A stretch of 64,000 nucleotides of DNA from Candidatus Zixiibacteriota bacterium (lineage in GTDB: Bacteria > RBG-13-66-14 > B26-G2 > WVWN01). The DNA is taken from NCBI GenBank assembly GCA_050117845.1, contig JASFLY010000010.1, positions 28,812 to 92,811 of the forward strand, written 5' to 3'. The notes under the pieces are model-generated. The model saw only the letters and a list, made by a program, of their open reading frames with translations, was not told the origin of the DNA and ran no database searches. The position numbers and the translations under genes were made by a program. Positions 56,622 through 64,000 of this stretch are shown here, in pieces (position 1 is the first letter of the stretch; the number at the start of each line of letters is the position of its first letter).

Positions 56622-57665
56622 TTACTCCTTCGGCAATCGCTCGTTCGGGAAGTCGAATTCGAATTCGTCGTTTTTCAGTAGAAGTCTGGGTTCGTTGAGT
56701 TTTACGTATACCCGCTCCACTTCCGTCCAATCGACGGCCGTATCCGCCTTAAAAGCGATATAACCTTCGCCGAAATCGGGTGCGCCGGCTACGAAGACTC
56801 TGGAGTTTCCGTCGCGTTGGAAGGTGTGTTCCTCGCCCACCCGGTCTACCGCCGTTACGGATATATATTCGTCGGTAAACGACCGGGGGTAGATGCTGTA
56901 CGATTCGTAAATGATGGCCGAAGGGAAGGCGCAAGGTATGAAAAAGCAGAAACCTCCACCTACGGAGTCGTAGTTAATTACTCCCCCCGAAAACGCCGGG
57001 ACGAAGAACTCCAGGGCCGGGGCGTCCACCGGTAGCCAGCCGCCGGCTTGGTCGTACCCTATGGAAGTGTCCCGGCCTACGGATATCCAACCCTCGAATA
57101 CGCAAAGCGGCTCGTATACCGAACCGGCCTCGACAGTTGCCTTCAACCATAGGTCGTAACCGTGGGCGGCGTGGCCGGCCTCTTCCTCGCGCGTGAGGGG
57201 TCGGTATTCGAGCGAGGGTCCCTCCCGTAGGGGATAGTAATCTTCGCCGAAACGTACCAGGCACCGTATCGGGGCGTCAACCTCGAATATCCAACCTTCC
57301 AAATCCGCACTTTCAATCCTATAGGCGGACATATACGTATTTCTACTAATGGGGTAAGGGTTTGGGTCCGGTATCTGGTCCTCCGACCACGCCGTATATG
57401 CTTCTACGACCGTAAATTCTTCGTGATCGTCGAGAACGCTGATGACCTCCGAAAACGGGTGCGGTGCCAGGTGAACGTCAACGTTGTAGTCCGCCTTGTA
57501 GGTGCGTTCTTTGGTTAAATAATCGTAGAGGGGCGTTTCTATCTCGGGCACGTCGACGGACCACTTGACCTCGCCGTCGTACTCGGCCTCTTCCGCCCCG
57601 GCGGGGCAGAGGGCGGCTATGGTACAGAAGGCCGCGAGCGCCAACGTCGAAATTATGCGGGTCAT
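56622..57665 (-). CDS. Hypothetical secreted acidic protein
   Basis: Sec signal ending PAGA; no recognised family; visibly more AT-rich than housekeeping genes; leader homologous to that of the adjacent TolB-like gene. Confidence 0.72.
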   Translation of the reverse strand: MTRIISTLALAAFCTIAALCPAGAEEAEYDGEVKWSVDVPEIETPLYDYLTKERTYKADYNVDVHLAPHPFSEVISVLDDHEEFTVVEAYTAWSEDQIPDPNPYPISRNTYMSAYRIESADLEGWIFEVDAPIRCLVRFGEDYYPLREGPSLEYRPLTREEEAGHAAHGYDLWLKATVEAGSVYEPLCVFEGWISVGRDTSIGYDQAGGWLPVDAPALEFFVPAFSGGVINYDSVGGGFCFFIPCAFPSAIIYESYSIYPRSFTDEYISVTAVDRVGEEHTFQRDGNSRVFVAGAPDFGEGYIAFKADTAVDWTEVERVYVKLNEPRLLLKNDEFEFDFPNERLPKE

Positions 57666-57722
57666 TATTCATCCTTCCGGGTCTTCGTTCGGCCGAAATA
57701 ACCCATTCGTCCTCGGGGCCTA

Positions 57723-58841
57723 TCAATACTCCGAAGAACTCCACGAGGGGTAATTCGCGCTCGTTTCTATGTAACCGGTTCCGTCGGCGTTTATGATGTA
57801 TGTGAGGGTTTCGCCGACGTCGATGCCGCTTCCGGAATACACGAGTTTTTTCCCGTCCGGCGAGAACGAGCAATCGCCGCCTCCCAGGTATAGCGTTACG
57901 CCGTTGTCGGCGTCCTCGAAAACGGTGAATACCGCGGCGTTCATTTCGCAGTTATCCGGCACGAACGTCGGCGGCCTGACGTAGCCCGGTTCATCCAGGA
58001 CCGCCTTGCTTTCGCCCGTCGCCAGGTCCATAAGGTATATATTGCCTTCGAAAAGATCCCCGGAACCGGAATACGAACAATCCTCGCCGCCCAAGTACGT
58101 TATCGTATCCCCATCGGGGGAAAAGGCCGGGAAGTTGTAATTCGATTCGCCGTCGGTCAAACGCGTTTTCCCCGAACCGTCGGCGTTCATTATGTATACG
58201 TCGCCGTCGTGATACAGGGTATTACTCGAGCCTTTTATCGGCGGCTTGGGGCTCCGCGAAGAGAAGTAGATGATTCTCTCGCCGTCGGGTGAGAAGGTCG
58301 GGTTAACGTCGTACGCATCCTCGTCGGACAGGCGCGTAAGGCCGGTGCCGTCGGCGTTAACGGTATATATCCATCCGTGTAAATTATCCGGCTCGGTATG
58401 GGCGAACAATACCTTGGTCCCGTCCGGGGAGAAGGATGGTTTTTTTAGCGGGATCACCACCGAGTCGCCGGACGCCCCGGCGTCGGGTACGAAGTAAGTT
58501 AGCCGGGTGACGTTCGTACCGTCCTTATCGCAGATAAAAACGTCGCCGCGGCGGTCTTGCGTGTCGTTTCTCGTCGCGAAGGCCACCTTTTCGCCGTCGG
58601 GCGAATATATGGGGTTAATCGTCGATCCGGATAATATCCCGGTATAATCGCCGCGGCGTATCAACGGCCTTTTCCCCTCGCCTTCCGCCGTCATAGTGCC
58701 TATGCCTATACTATTGGAATAGAACAGTATGGTCTCGCCGTCGGGGGAGAAGCTGGGCCGCCCCTCCTGTAGCATGAAGCCGTACGCGCCGGCGGCGAGC
58801 GCCGCCGTCGCGAGCGCCAGCGTCGGAATTCTACGCGTCAT
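57723..58841 (-). CDS. Secreted TolB-like (PD40 repeat) beta-propeller
   Basis: Sec signal; repeated P.[FY]SPDG..[IV].[FY] and [IV]Y.[MV]NADG[ST]G.TRL[TS]. Confidence 0.88.
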   Translation of the reverse strand: MTRRIPTLALATAALAAGAYGFMLQEGRPSFSPDGETILFYSNSIGIGTMTAEGEGKRPLIRRGDYTGILSGSTINPIYSPDGEKVAFATRNDTQDRRGDVFICDKDGTNVTRLTYFVPDAGASGDSVVIPLKKPSFSPDGTKVLFAHTEPDNLHGWIYTVNADGTGLTRLSDEDAYDVNPTFSPDGERIIYFSSRSPKPPIKGSSNTLYHDGDVYIMNADGSGKTRLTDGESNYNFPAFSPDGDTITYLGGEDCSYSGSGDLFEGNIYLMDLATGESKAVLDEPGYVRPPTFVPDNCEMNAAVFTVFEDADNGVTLYLGGGDCSFSPDGKKLVYSGSGIDVGETLTYIINADGTGYIETSANYPSWSSSEY

Positions 58842-58878
58842 GGTCTATCCTCCCGAGTCTTCATTATGCCGATACTAC

Positions 58879-60021
58879 TCATTCTTCGTCCGGGGGATTT
58901 TTATACTCCGGCGAGTACCACGTCGGGTAATTCGCGCTCGTCGTTATGGTCCCCGAGCCGTCCGTGTTGGATATATATATCAGGGTTTCGCCGGCGTCGA
59001 TGCCGCTTCCGGAATACACGAGCTTTTTCCCGTCCGGCGAAAACGAACAATCGCCGCTTCCCAGATATAGGGTTACGCCGTTGTCGGCGTCCTCGAAAAC
59101 GGTGAATACTTCGGCGTTCATTTCGCAGTTATCCGGCACGAAGGTCGGCGGCCTGACGTGACCCGGTTCATCCAGGACCGCCTTGGTTTCGCCGGTCGCC
59201 AGGTTCATAAGGTATATATTGCCTTTGAAAAGGTTCCCGATAGCCGACGCCGAATGGTCCTCGCCGCCCACGTACGTTATTACGTCTCCGCCGGGCGAAA
59301 AAGCCGGGTGGTTGTATTCCGTTTTACCGTCGGTCAACCGTGTCTTCCCGGAACCGTCGGCGTTCATTATGTATATGTCGCTATCCGTATGCTCGAACCC
59401 GGGGGGGTATTCCGTCCGAGGTTTGGTGTTCTTGAACGAAACATACACGATGCGCTTCCCGTCGGGCGATAAGGCGGGGTTGACGTCGTACGCGTTATCG
59501 TCCGACAGGCGCGTCAGGCCGGTGCCGTCGACGTTAACCGTATAGACCCAGCTATATAAATTATCGTCTTGCGTATGGGTGAACAATATCCTGGCGCCGT
59601 CCGGCGAGAACAGGGGCATTTTCCTGGGCATCCGTATGAGACATTCGCCCTCGCGGGGATCAATGTCGGGCGATAAGTAAGTTAGCCTGGTAACGTTGGA
59701 GCCATCCTTTTCGCATATATAGATGTCTCCGCGATAGCCATATGGGTCGTTTTTCGTCGCGAAGGCCACCTTCTCGCCGTCGGGCGAGTACATCGGGTTA
59801 ATCGCCCCGCCGTCGATTTTTCCTAGATCTTGGTATTTGATTAACGGCCGTTTCCCCTCGCCTTCCGCCGTCATCGTGCCTATCCCGATACTATTGGAAT
59901 AGAACAATATCGTCTCGCCGTCGGGGGAGAAGCCGGGCCGATCCTCCTGTAACATGAAGCCGTACGCGCCGGCGGCGAGCGCCGCGGCTAAAAGCGCCAA
60001 CAATACGAGTTTGCGGGGCAT
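58879..60021 (-). CDS. Secreted TolB-like (PD40 repeat) beta-propeller (close paralogue)
   Basis: Same architecture, long stretches identical to 57723..58841; GGAGG RBS. Confidence 0.88.
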   Translation of the reverse strand: MPRKLVLLALLAAALAAGAYGFMLQEDRPGFSPDGETILFYSNSIGIGTMTAEGEGKRPLIKYQDLGKIDGGAINPMYSPDGEKVAFATKNDPYGYRGDIYICEKDGSNVTRLTYLSPDIDPREGECLIRMPRKMPLFSPDGARILFTHTQDDNLYSWVYTVNVDGTGLTRLSDDNAYDVNPALSPDGKRIVYVSFKNTKPRTEYPPGFEHTDSDIYIMNADGSGKTRLTDGKTEYNHPAFSPGGDVITYVGGEDHSASAIGNLFKGNIYLMNLATGETKAVLDEPGHVRPPTFVPDNCEMNAEVFTVFEDADNGVTLYLGSGDCSFSPDGKKLVYSGSGIDAGETLIYISNTDGSGTITTSANYPTWYSPEYKNPPDEE

Positions 60022-60032
60022 CGTTTCCTCCC

Positions 60033-60066
60033 AAAAAGTTAAGCCGGGGGCGTTGCGCCCCCGGCC
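60033..60066 (-). terminator. Probable terminator after lysS
   Basis: GCCGGGGGCG-TTG-CGCCCCCGGC hairpin; minus strand continues TTAACTTTTT. Confidence 0.65.
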
Positions 60067-60073
60067 TTATCGC

Positions 60074-61567
60074 TTACTCTTTTATCCGGAGTTGAGGGAA
60101 GGCGATTACCTCCCGGATGTTGGGCGCATCCGCGAGGAGCATCGCCACCCGGTCCAGCCCCACCCCCAGGCCGCCCGCCGGCGGCATGCCGTACTCCAGC
60201 GCCTCCAGGAAGTCCTCGTCGAGCTGTTGGGCCTCGTCGTCGCCGGCGGCCCGGGCGCGGGCCTGGTCCTCGAACGCTCGCCGCTGGACCTCGGGGTCGT
60301 TCTGCTCGCTGAAGGCGTTCGCTATCTCCATGCCGGCGATGAATAGTTCGAAGCGCTCCGCCAGCACCGGGTTCTCGCGCTGGCGCTTGGCGAGCGGCGA
60401 GAGTTCGGCGGGGTAGTCTACGACGAAGGTCGGGTTCCACATCTCGGGCACGGCGACCGCGTCGAAAAGCTGGTCGACGAGCTTGGCCCGGGACGCCCCC
60501 TCGGCCGGTTCGCCGCCGGCCTTCTCGAGCGCCGCTGAAAGCTCCCCCTCCGGCGCCGAAAGCACGTCCAGGCCCAGCCGTTCGTTCAACGTCGCGACCA
60601 AAGGGACGCGAGGCCACGGCGGCGAGAGGTCCAGGTCTTTTCCCTGATAGCTCAACTTCAACGTCCCGCAAATCTCCTCGGCGGCGGCCAGGATGAAGCC
60701 CTCGGTGAGTTCCATCATCGTGCGGTAATCGCCGTACGCGCCGTACGCCTCGAGCATCGTGAACTCGGGGTAATGGGTCCGGTCGATGGACTCGTTGCGG
60801 AAGTCCTTGCCAATCTCGAAAACGCGCTCGAAGCCGGCGACGAGAAGGCGCTTGAGGTAGAGCTCGTCCGCGATGCGGAGGTAGAGGTCCATCTCGAGGT
60901 CGCGGTGATAGGTGGTGAAAGGCCGGGCGTTGGCGCCGCCGTAGAGCGGTTGGAGGATCGGCGTCTCTATCTCGACGTACCCCTGACCCTCCAGATAGCG
61001 CCGGGCCGCCCGCATGACGCGGGCGTGCGTCCGCACCGCTTCGCGGGCGGCCGGGTTCACCATCATGTCCACGTATCGCTTGCGGTAGCGCTTCTCCGGG
61101 TCGGCGAACTCGTCGTGGACGACCTCGCCCTCGTCGGTCTTCTCGGTCTTGACTACGGGCGGCGTGCGGACGCCCTTGGCGAGAACGTCGAGCGCCTCGA
61201 CGGCGATCGTAACCTCGCCGGTGCGCGTCCTGAATACCTTCCCCCGGGCGCCGACGAAGTCGCCCAGGTCGAGCAGCGGAAACAACTCGTAGTCGTCACC
61301 CAATAGGTCGGCCTTGAAGTAGAGCTGAATCCGGCCGGAGTCGTCGGCGATATCCGCGAACGAGGCCTTGCCGTGGGTCCGCAGGGCCGTGACGCGTCCC
61401 GCGACGGCGACCTCCTTGTCCTCGTACTGCTCAAAGGCCCCGGTTATCTCGGCCGTCGGCTTCCGGCCCTCGGGGGAGGCGACGGGGTAGGGGTCGATGC
61501 CGCGCTCGCGCAGGCGGGCCAGTTTCTCGAGTCGGAATTCGCGTAGGGTTTTACTTTCCTCCGCCAT
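60074..61567 (-). CDS. lysS: Lysine--tRNA ligase (class II)
   Basis: VAGRV..LR.HGKASF, RYRKRYVD, EIETPILQ..YGGANARPF, LRIADELYLKRL, FRNE, ERFELFI, ANAFSEQNDP, YGMPPAGGLGVGLDR. Confidence 0.98.
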   Translation of the reverse strand: MAEESKTLREFRLEKLARLRERGIDPYPVASPEGRKPTAEITGAFEQYEDKEVAVAGRVTALRTHGKASFADIADDSGRIQLYFKADLLGDDYELFPLLDLGDFVGARGKVFRTRTGEVTIAVEALDVLAKGVRTPPVVKTEKTDEGEVVHDEFADPEKRYRKRYVDMMVNPAAREAVRTHARVMRAARRYLEGQGYVEIETPILQPLYGGANARPFTTYHRDLEMDLYLRIADELYLKRLLVAGFERVFEIGKDFRNESIDRTHYPEFTMLEAYGAYGDYRTMMELTEGFILAAAEEICGTLKLSYQGKDLDLSPPWPRVPLVATLNERLGLDVLSAPEGELSAALEKAGGEPAEGASRAKLVDQLFDAVAVPEMWNPTFVVDYPAELSPLAKRQRENPVLAERFELFIAGMEIANAFSEQNDPEVQRRAFEDQARARAAGDDEAQQLDEDFLEALEYGMPPAGGLGVGLDRVAMLLADAPNIREVIAFPQLRIKE

Positions 61568-61967
61568 TGGCCTCCTTCGGCTTACCTTCGGCGGTCTCGG
61601 CCATCTCTTCGGCGCTTTTATACTCGCGCGTGCGGAAGGCCGAGAGTTTGTAATATATCTGATAATAGGACTCGACCGGCTCGCCGTTCTCGGTGGCGGG
61701 CGTGAAGCGGCACTTCTTGGAGGCCACCAGCGCCGCCTCGTCGATGGCGGTGCTGCCCGAGGAAAGCCATATCTCGGTGTCGGTGACGTTGCCCTCCTCG
61801 TCGATGTATAGCTTGAGCATGACGGTGTCGGAGAAGACGGCGCCGGGCGGGATGTCGAGTTGGCCCAGCGGCTCGATGTAGGTAGCCGAGGCCGGGACGA
61901 AGCCTTCCTCCGCGAATGCCGCCGAGGCCGCGAGCGCGACCGCGAGTATCAATAAAATTTTACGCAT
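61551..61967 (-). CDS. Secreted TonB C-terminal-domain protein
   Basis: Cleavable signal ending SAAFA; VMLKLYIDEEGNV..TEI..SSGS.AIDEAAL.A....RFTPA.ENGEPV; no Pro-rich linker. Confidence 0.8.
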   Translation of the reverse strand: MRKILLILAVALAASAAFAEEGFVPASATYIEPLGQLDIPPGAVFSDTVMLKLYIDEEGNVTDTEIWLSSGSTAIDEAALVASKKCRFTPATENGEPVESYYQIYYKLSAFRTREYKSAEEMAETAEGKPKEANGGGK

Positions 61968-62029
61968 AATCCAACCACCTGTTTCGGGGGGGGGCCGTAC
62001 GGAAAGGGGGAGAGGGCGCGGCCCGGTTT

Positions 62030-62638
62030 TTAATTAAACTCTATTATAAATGGGTACCACGCCAACGTCGGTTTGCCGTCGAGCGTGGCCGGGTTGAACG
62101 TGAACTGGCGGGCCGCCGTGGCGGCGGACTCGGCGTATAACTTGTTCACGCCGGTCCCGGTGACCTCGGCGAACCAGACGGTGCCGTCGGGGCCGATGAG
62201 CAAATTGACCGTAATCTCGGTCCGGAGCGACGGCGCGCCGGGCGGGAACTCGGGCGCTACGTAGCCCGTGAGTTCCGGTTCGGCGTCGAGTTTGCGGCCG
62301 GCCTCGGGGGATACGTCCGTCGTTTTGGTGTCCTGCATGAGCCGGAAGACGTACCACGCCGTCGCCGTCGTGCGGCCCTCGTCGAAGGTGCTTTTCCCCA
62401 GGGCTTCGGCGGCCGCGGCCGCGAAGACGTCCGGCCCGTCGTTATGCAATATTTCGGCCGCTCCGGCCTTGCCGCCGGAGACGCCGGCCCGGGCCACTAC
62501 CGTGACCTCCAGCGGTTTCTCCTGCTGCTCGCTCGGGTAGGTCGGCGCGACGAGTTCGGCCGCGCTCGCCGCCGCCGCGAACGCCCCGGCCGCGACGGCG
62601 AATATCGCTATCCGGATTATCCGACTGCGCTTAGCCAT
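62030..62638 (-). CDS. Secreted protein with TonB C-terminal domain(s)
   Basis: Signal ending AAASA; degenerate first domain (APTYP...AAAEAL..STF) and clear second domain (VAPEFP...LIGPDGTV...SAATAARQFTFNPATLDGKP). Confidence 0.72.
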   Translation of the reverse strand: MAKRSRIIRIAIFAVAAGAFAAAASAAELVAPTYPSEQQEKPLEVTVVARAGVSGGKAGAAEILHNDGPDVFAAAAAEALGKSTFDEGRTTATAWYVFRLMQDTKTTDVSPEAGRKLDAEPELTGYVAPEFPPGAPSLRTEITVNLLIGPDGTVWFAEVTGTGVNKLYAESAATAARQFTFNPATLDGKPTLAWYPFIIEFN

Positions 62639-63750
62639 GTTCTTCTCCCCCGTTGGCGCCGCGCCATTTGAGGGCCGCGGCGATTAACTCGTCGAGGTCG
62701 CCATCCAGGACCCGTTCCACGTCACCCGTCTCGTACCCGGTCCGCAAGTCCTTGACGAGCTGGTATGGGAAGAGGACGTACGACCGTATCTGGCTTCCCC
62801 ACGCAATCTCGAGTTTCGGCCCTTTCATATCCTCGAAACGGGCCCGCTGTTCGTCTTCGAGGATCTGGAACAGCTTGGAACGCAGGACCGCCATCGCCCG
62901 GGCGCGGTTGAGGTGCTGGGAGCGCTCGGCCTGACAGCACACCACCGTCCCGGTGGGCAAGTGGGTGATGCGTACAGCCGAATCGGTAACGTTCACGTGT
63001 TGGCCGCCGGGCCCCGAGGACCGGAAAGTATCTATCTTGAGGTCTCCCTCGTCGATTTCGACCTCTATAGTCTCGTCCAGTTTGGGCCAGACGGCGACGT
63101 TGGCGAAGGAGGTGTGGCGCCGGGCCTTCTGGTCGAAGGGCGAGACGCGCACCAGCCGATGCACGCCGGCCTCGCAACTGAGGTGGCCGTACGCGTAATC
63201 GCCGCGGACCTCCATCGTGGCGAACCGGATCCCCGCTTCTTCGGACGGCTCCACGGCCAGGATGTCGCACTTGAAGCCGCGCACCTCGCTCCACTTGCGG
63301 TACATACGCGCGAGCATCTCGGCCCAGTCTGCGGCGTCGATGCCGCCGGCCCCCGGCTTGACTTCCAGGATGGCGTCGGCCTCGTCGTACCGGCCGCTCA
63401 GGAACGTGAGCAGCGACAGCCGTTCGACCTCGGCCTCGAGTTGGGCCAACTCGTCCTTGAAGTCCGTACAGGCGGCCTGTTCTTCCAGGCAGAGCTGGTA
63501 AAAGACGCCGACGTCTTCGAGTTTCTTCTCGGCCGCGGCGAAGGCCTCGGCCCGTTTTTTAAGGCGGGTTAATTCGGCCAGCAGCGTTTGGGCCCGATTG
63601 CGGTCGTTCCAGAGGTCGGGGGCGGCGGCCTTTTTCTCGAGGTCGACGATACGATTGGCGGTGCCGTCGGGGTCAAAGGCCCTCCCGAACGTCGTCGACG
63701 GCGCGGGTAACTTTTTCCAATCTGTGTTCGAGTGCGGTGAAGTCTTCCAT
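62631..63750 (-). CDS. prfB: Peptide chain release factor 2, translated via +1 programmed frameshift (join 63750..63676, 63674..62631; about 372 aa)
   Basis: GGAGG RBS; MEDFTALEHRLEKVTRAVDDVREGL, then CTT TGA C; +1 frame continues DPDGTANRI..DLWND; SPF anticodon mimic, GPGGQHVN, WGSQIRSYV. Confidence 0.96.
63672..63687 (-). promoter_or_regulatory. prfB +1 frameshift cassette
   Basis: Minus strand CGG GAG GGC CTT TGA C: internal SD-like GGGAGG just upstream of the slippery CTT-TGA-C. Confidence 0.93.
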
Positions 63751-63776
63751 TTATTATCCTCCGAAAGAATTCATAG

Positions 63777-63805
63777 ATAATACCACAACGCCCCGGTACC
63801 GGCAA
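63777..63805 (-). promoter_or_regulatory. prfB promoter
   Basis: Minus strand TTGCCG, 17-nt spacer, TATTAT with extended -10 TG. Confidence 0.6.
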
Positions 63806-63846
63806 GCATATGCGTGCGGCGTTCGGCGTTGCGGTTGTTGTTTAAT

Positions 63847-63982
63847 GTGGCGGCAGGTGTTACCACCTGCCGCGTCCGGCCGCCGTCAGATGGTAACATC
63901 TGACGGCACTTCATCATGGGTGGCGCAGACATTCCTGTCTGCGAAAAACCATGCGCTTCACAGACATTCCAGTCCGTGTCCT
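63847..63982. repeat. Second cluster of REP-like palindromes (two inverted pairs)
   Basis: GTGGCGGCAGGTGTTACCACCTGCCGC (63847-73) with inverted partner GCCGTCAGATGGTAACATCTGACGGCAC (63882-909); GTGGCGCAGACATTCCTGTCTGCG (63920-43) with decayed partner CACAGACATTCCAGTCCGTG (63959-78). Confidence 0.8.
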
Positions 63983-64000
63983 GGCGTCCTCCGCCGTTAT

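Noticed and set aside
57723..60021. Diversity-generating retroelement template/variable repeat pair
   Set aside because: Differences between the paralogues include non-adenine changes (e.g. CAC/TAC, GCC/GTC) and indels, both copies are full genes, and no reverse transcriptase is in the window.
62631..63750. prfB as a pseudogene or truncated 272-aa protein
   Set aside because: The interruption is the canonical CTT-TGA-C programmed frameshift.

Overview
A 64 kb, GC-rich chromosomal segment from a diderm, probably anaerobic bacterium. It carries a TonB-dependent receptor, TolC, Lol, Lnt and a four-subunit pyruvate:ferredoxin oxidoreductase. The protein style suggests an uncultured FCB-related candidate lineage, but that is inference only. 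Most genes lie on the minus strand. Housekeeping genes: gatB, gatC and gatA (split), tadA, porCDAB, recR, pcrA/uvrD, thrS, lnt, tRNA-Glu(CTC), clpC, lolD with a LolC/E permease, lysS, and prfB with its +1 programmed frameshift. Between them are many secreted or envelope proteins, often as tandem paralogues. No transposase, integrase, phage gene, cas gene or reverse transcriptase was recognised. Best candidates for undescribed biology: (1) a conserved 15-aa C-terminal tag, [AG]V.[PA]TS[MVL]G[KR]VKA[LM]F[RH]-stop, on three Sec-signal beta-propeller proteins from two different repeat families, which looks like an uncharacterised protein-sorting signal; (2) a cassette-like array after lysS, with two TolB-like propellers that have a constant framework and hypervariable loops, and a duplicated intergenic/leader junction that also heads an unrelated third gene; (3) a TolC-CPBP protease-adaptor-ATPase export operon with no permease; (4) a Myxococcus-type MglB-MglA-DUF4388 module downstream of a STAND ATPase whose cyclase domain looks catalytically dead; (5) two clusters of a REP-like palindrome family (GTGGCGCAGACATTCCTGTCTGCG); (6) soluble TonB C-terminal-domain proteins inserted between prfB and lysS. 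All family assignments come from motif recognition by eye, not from database searches.
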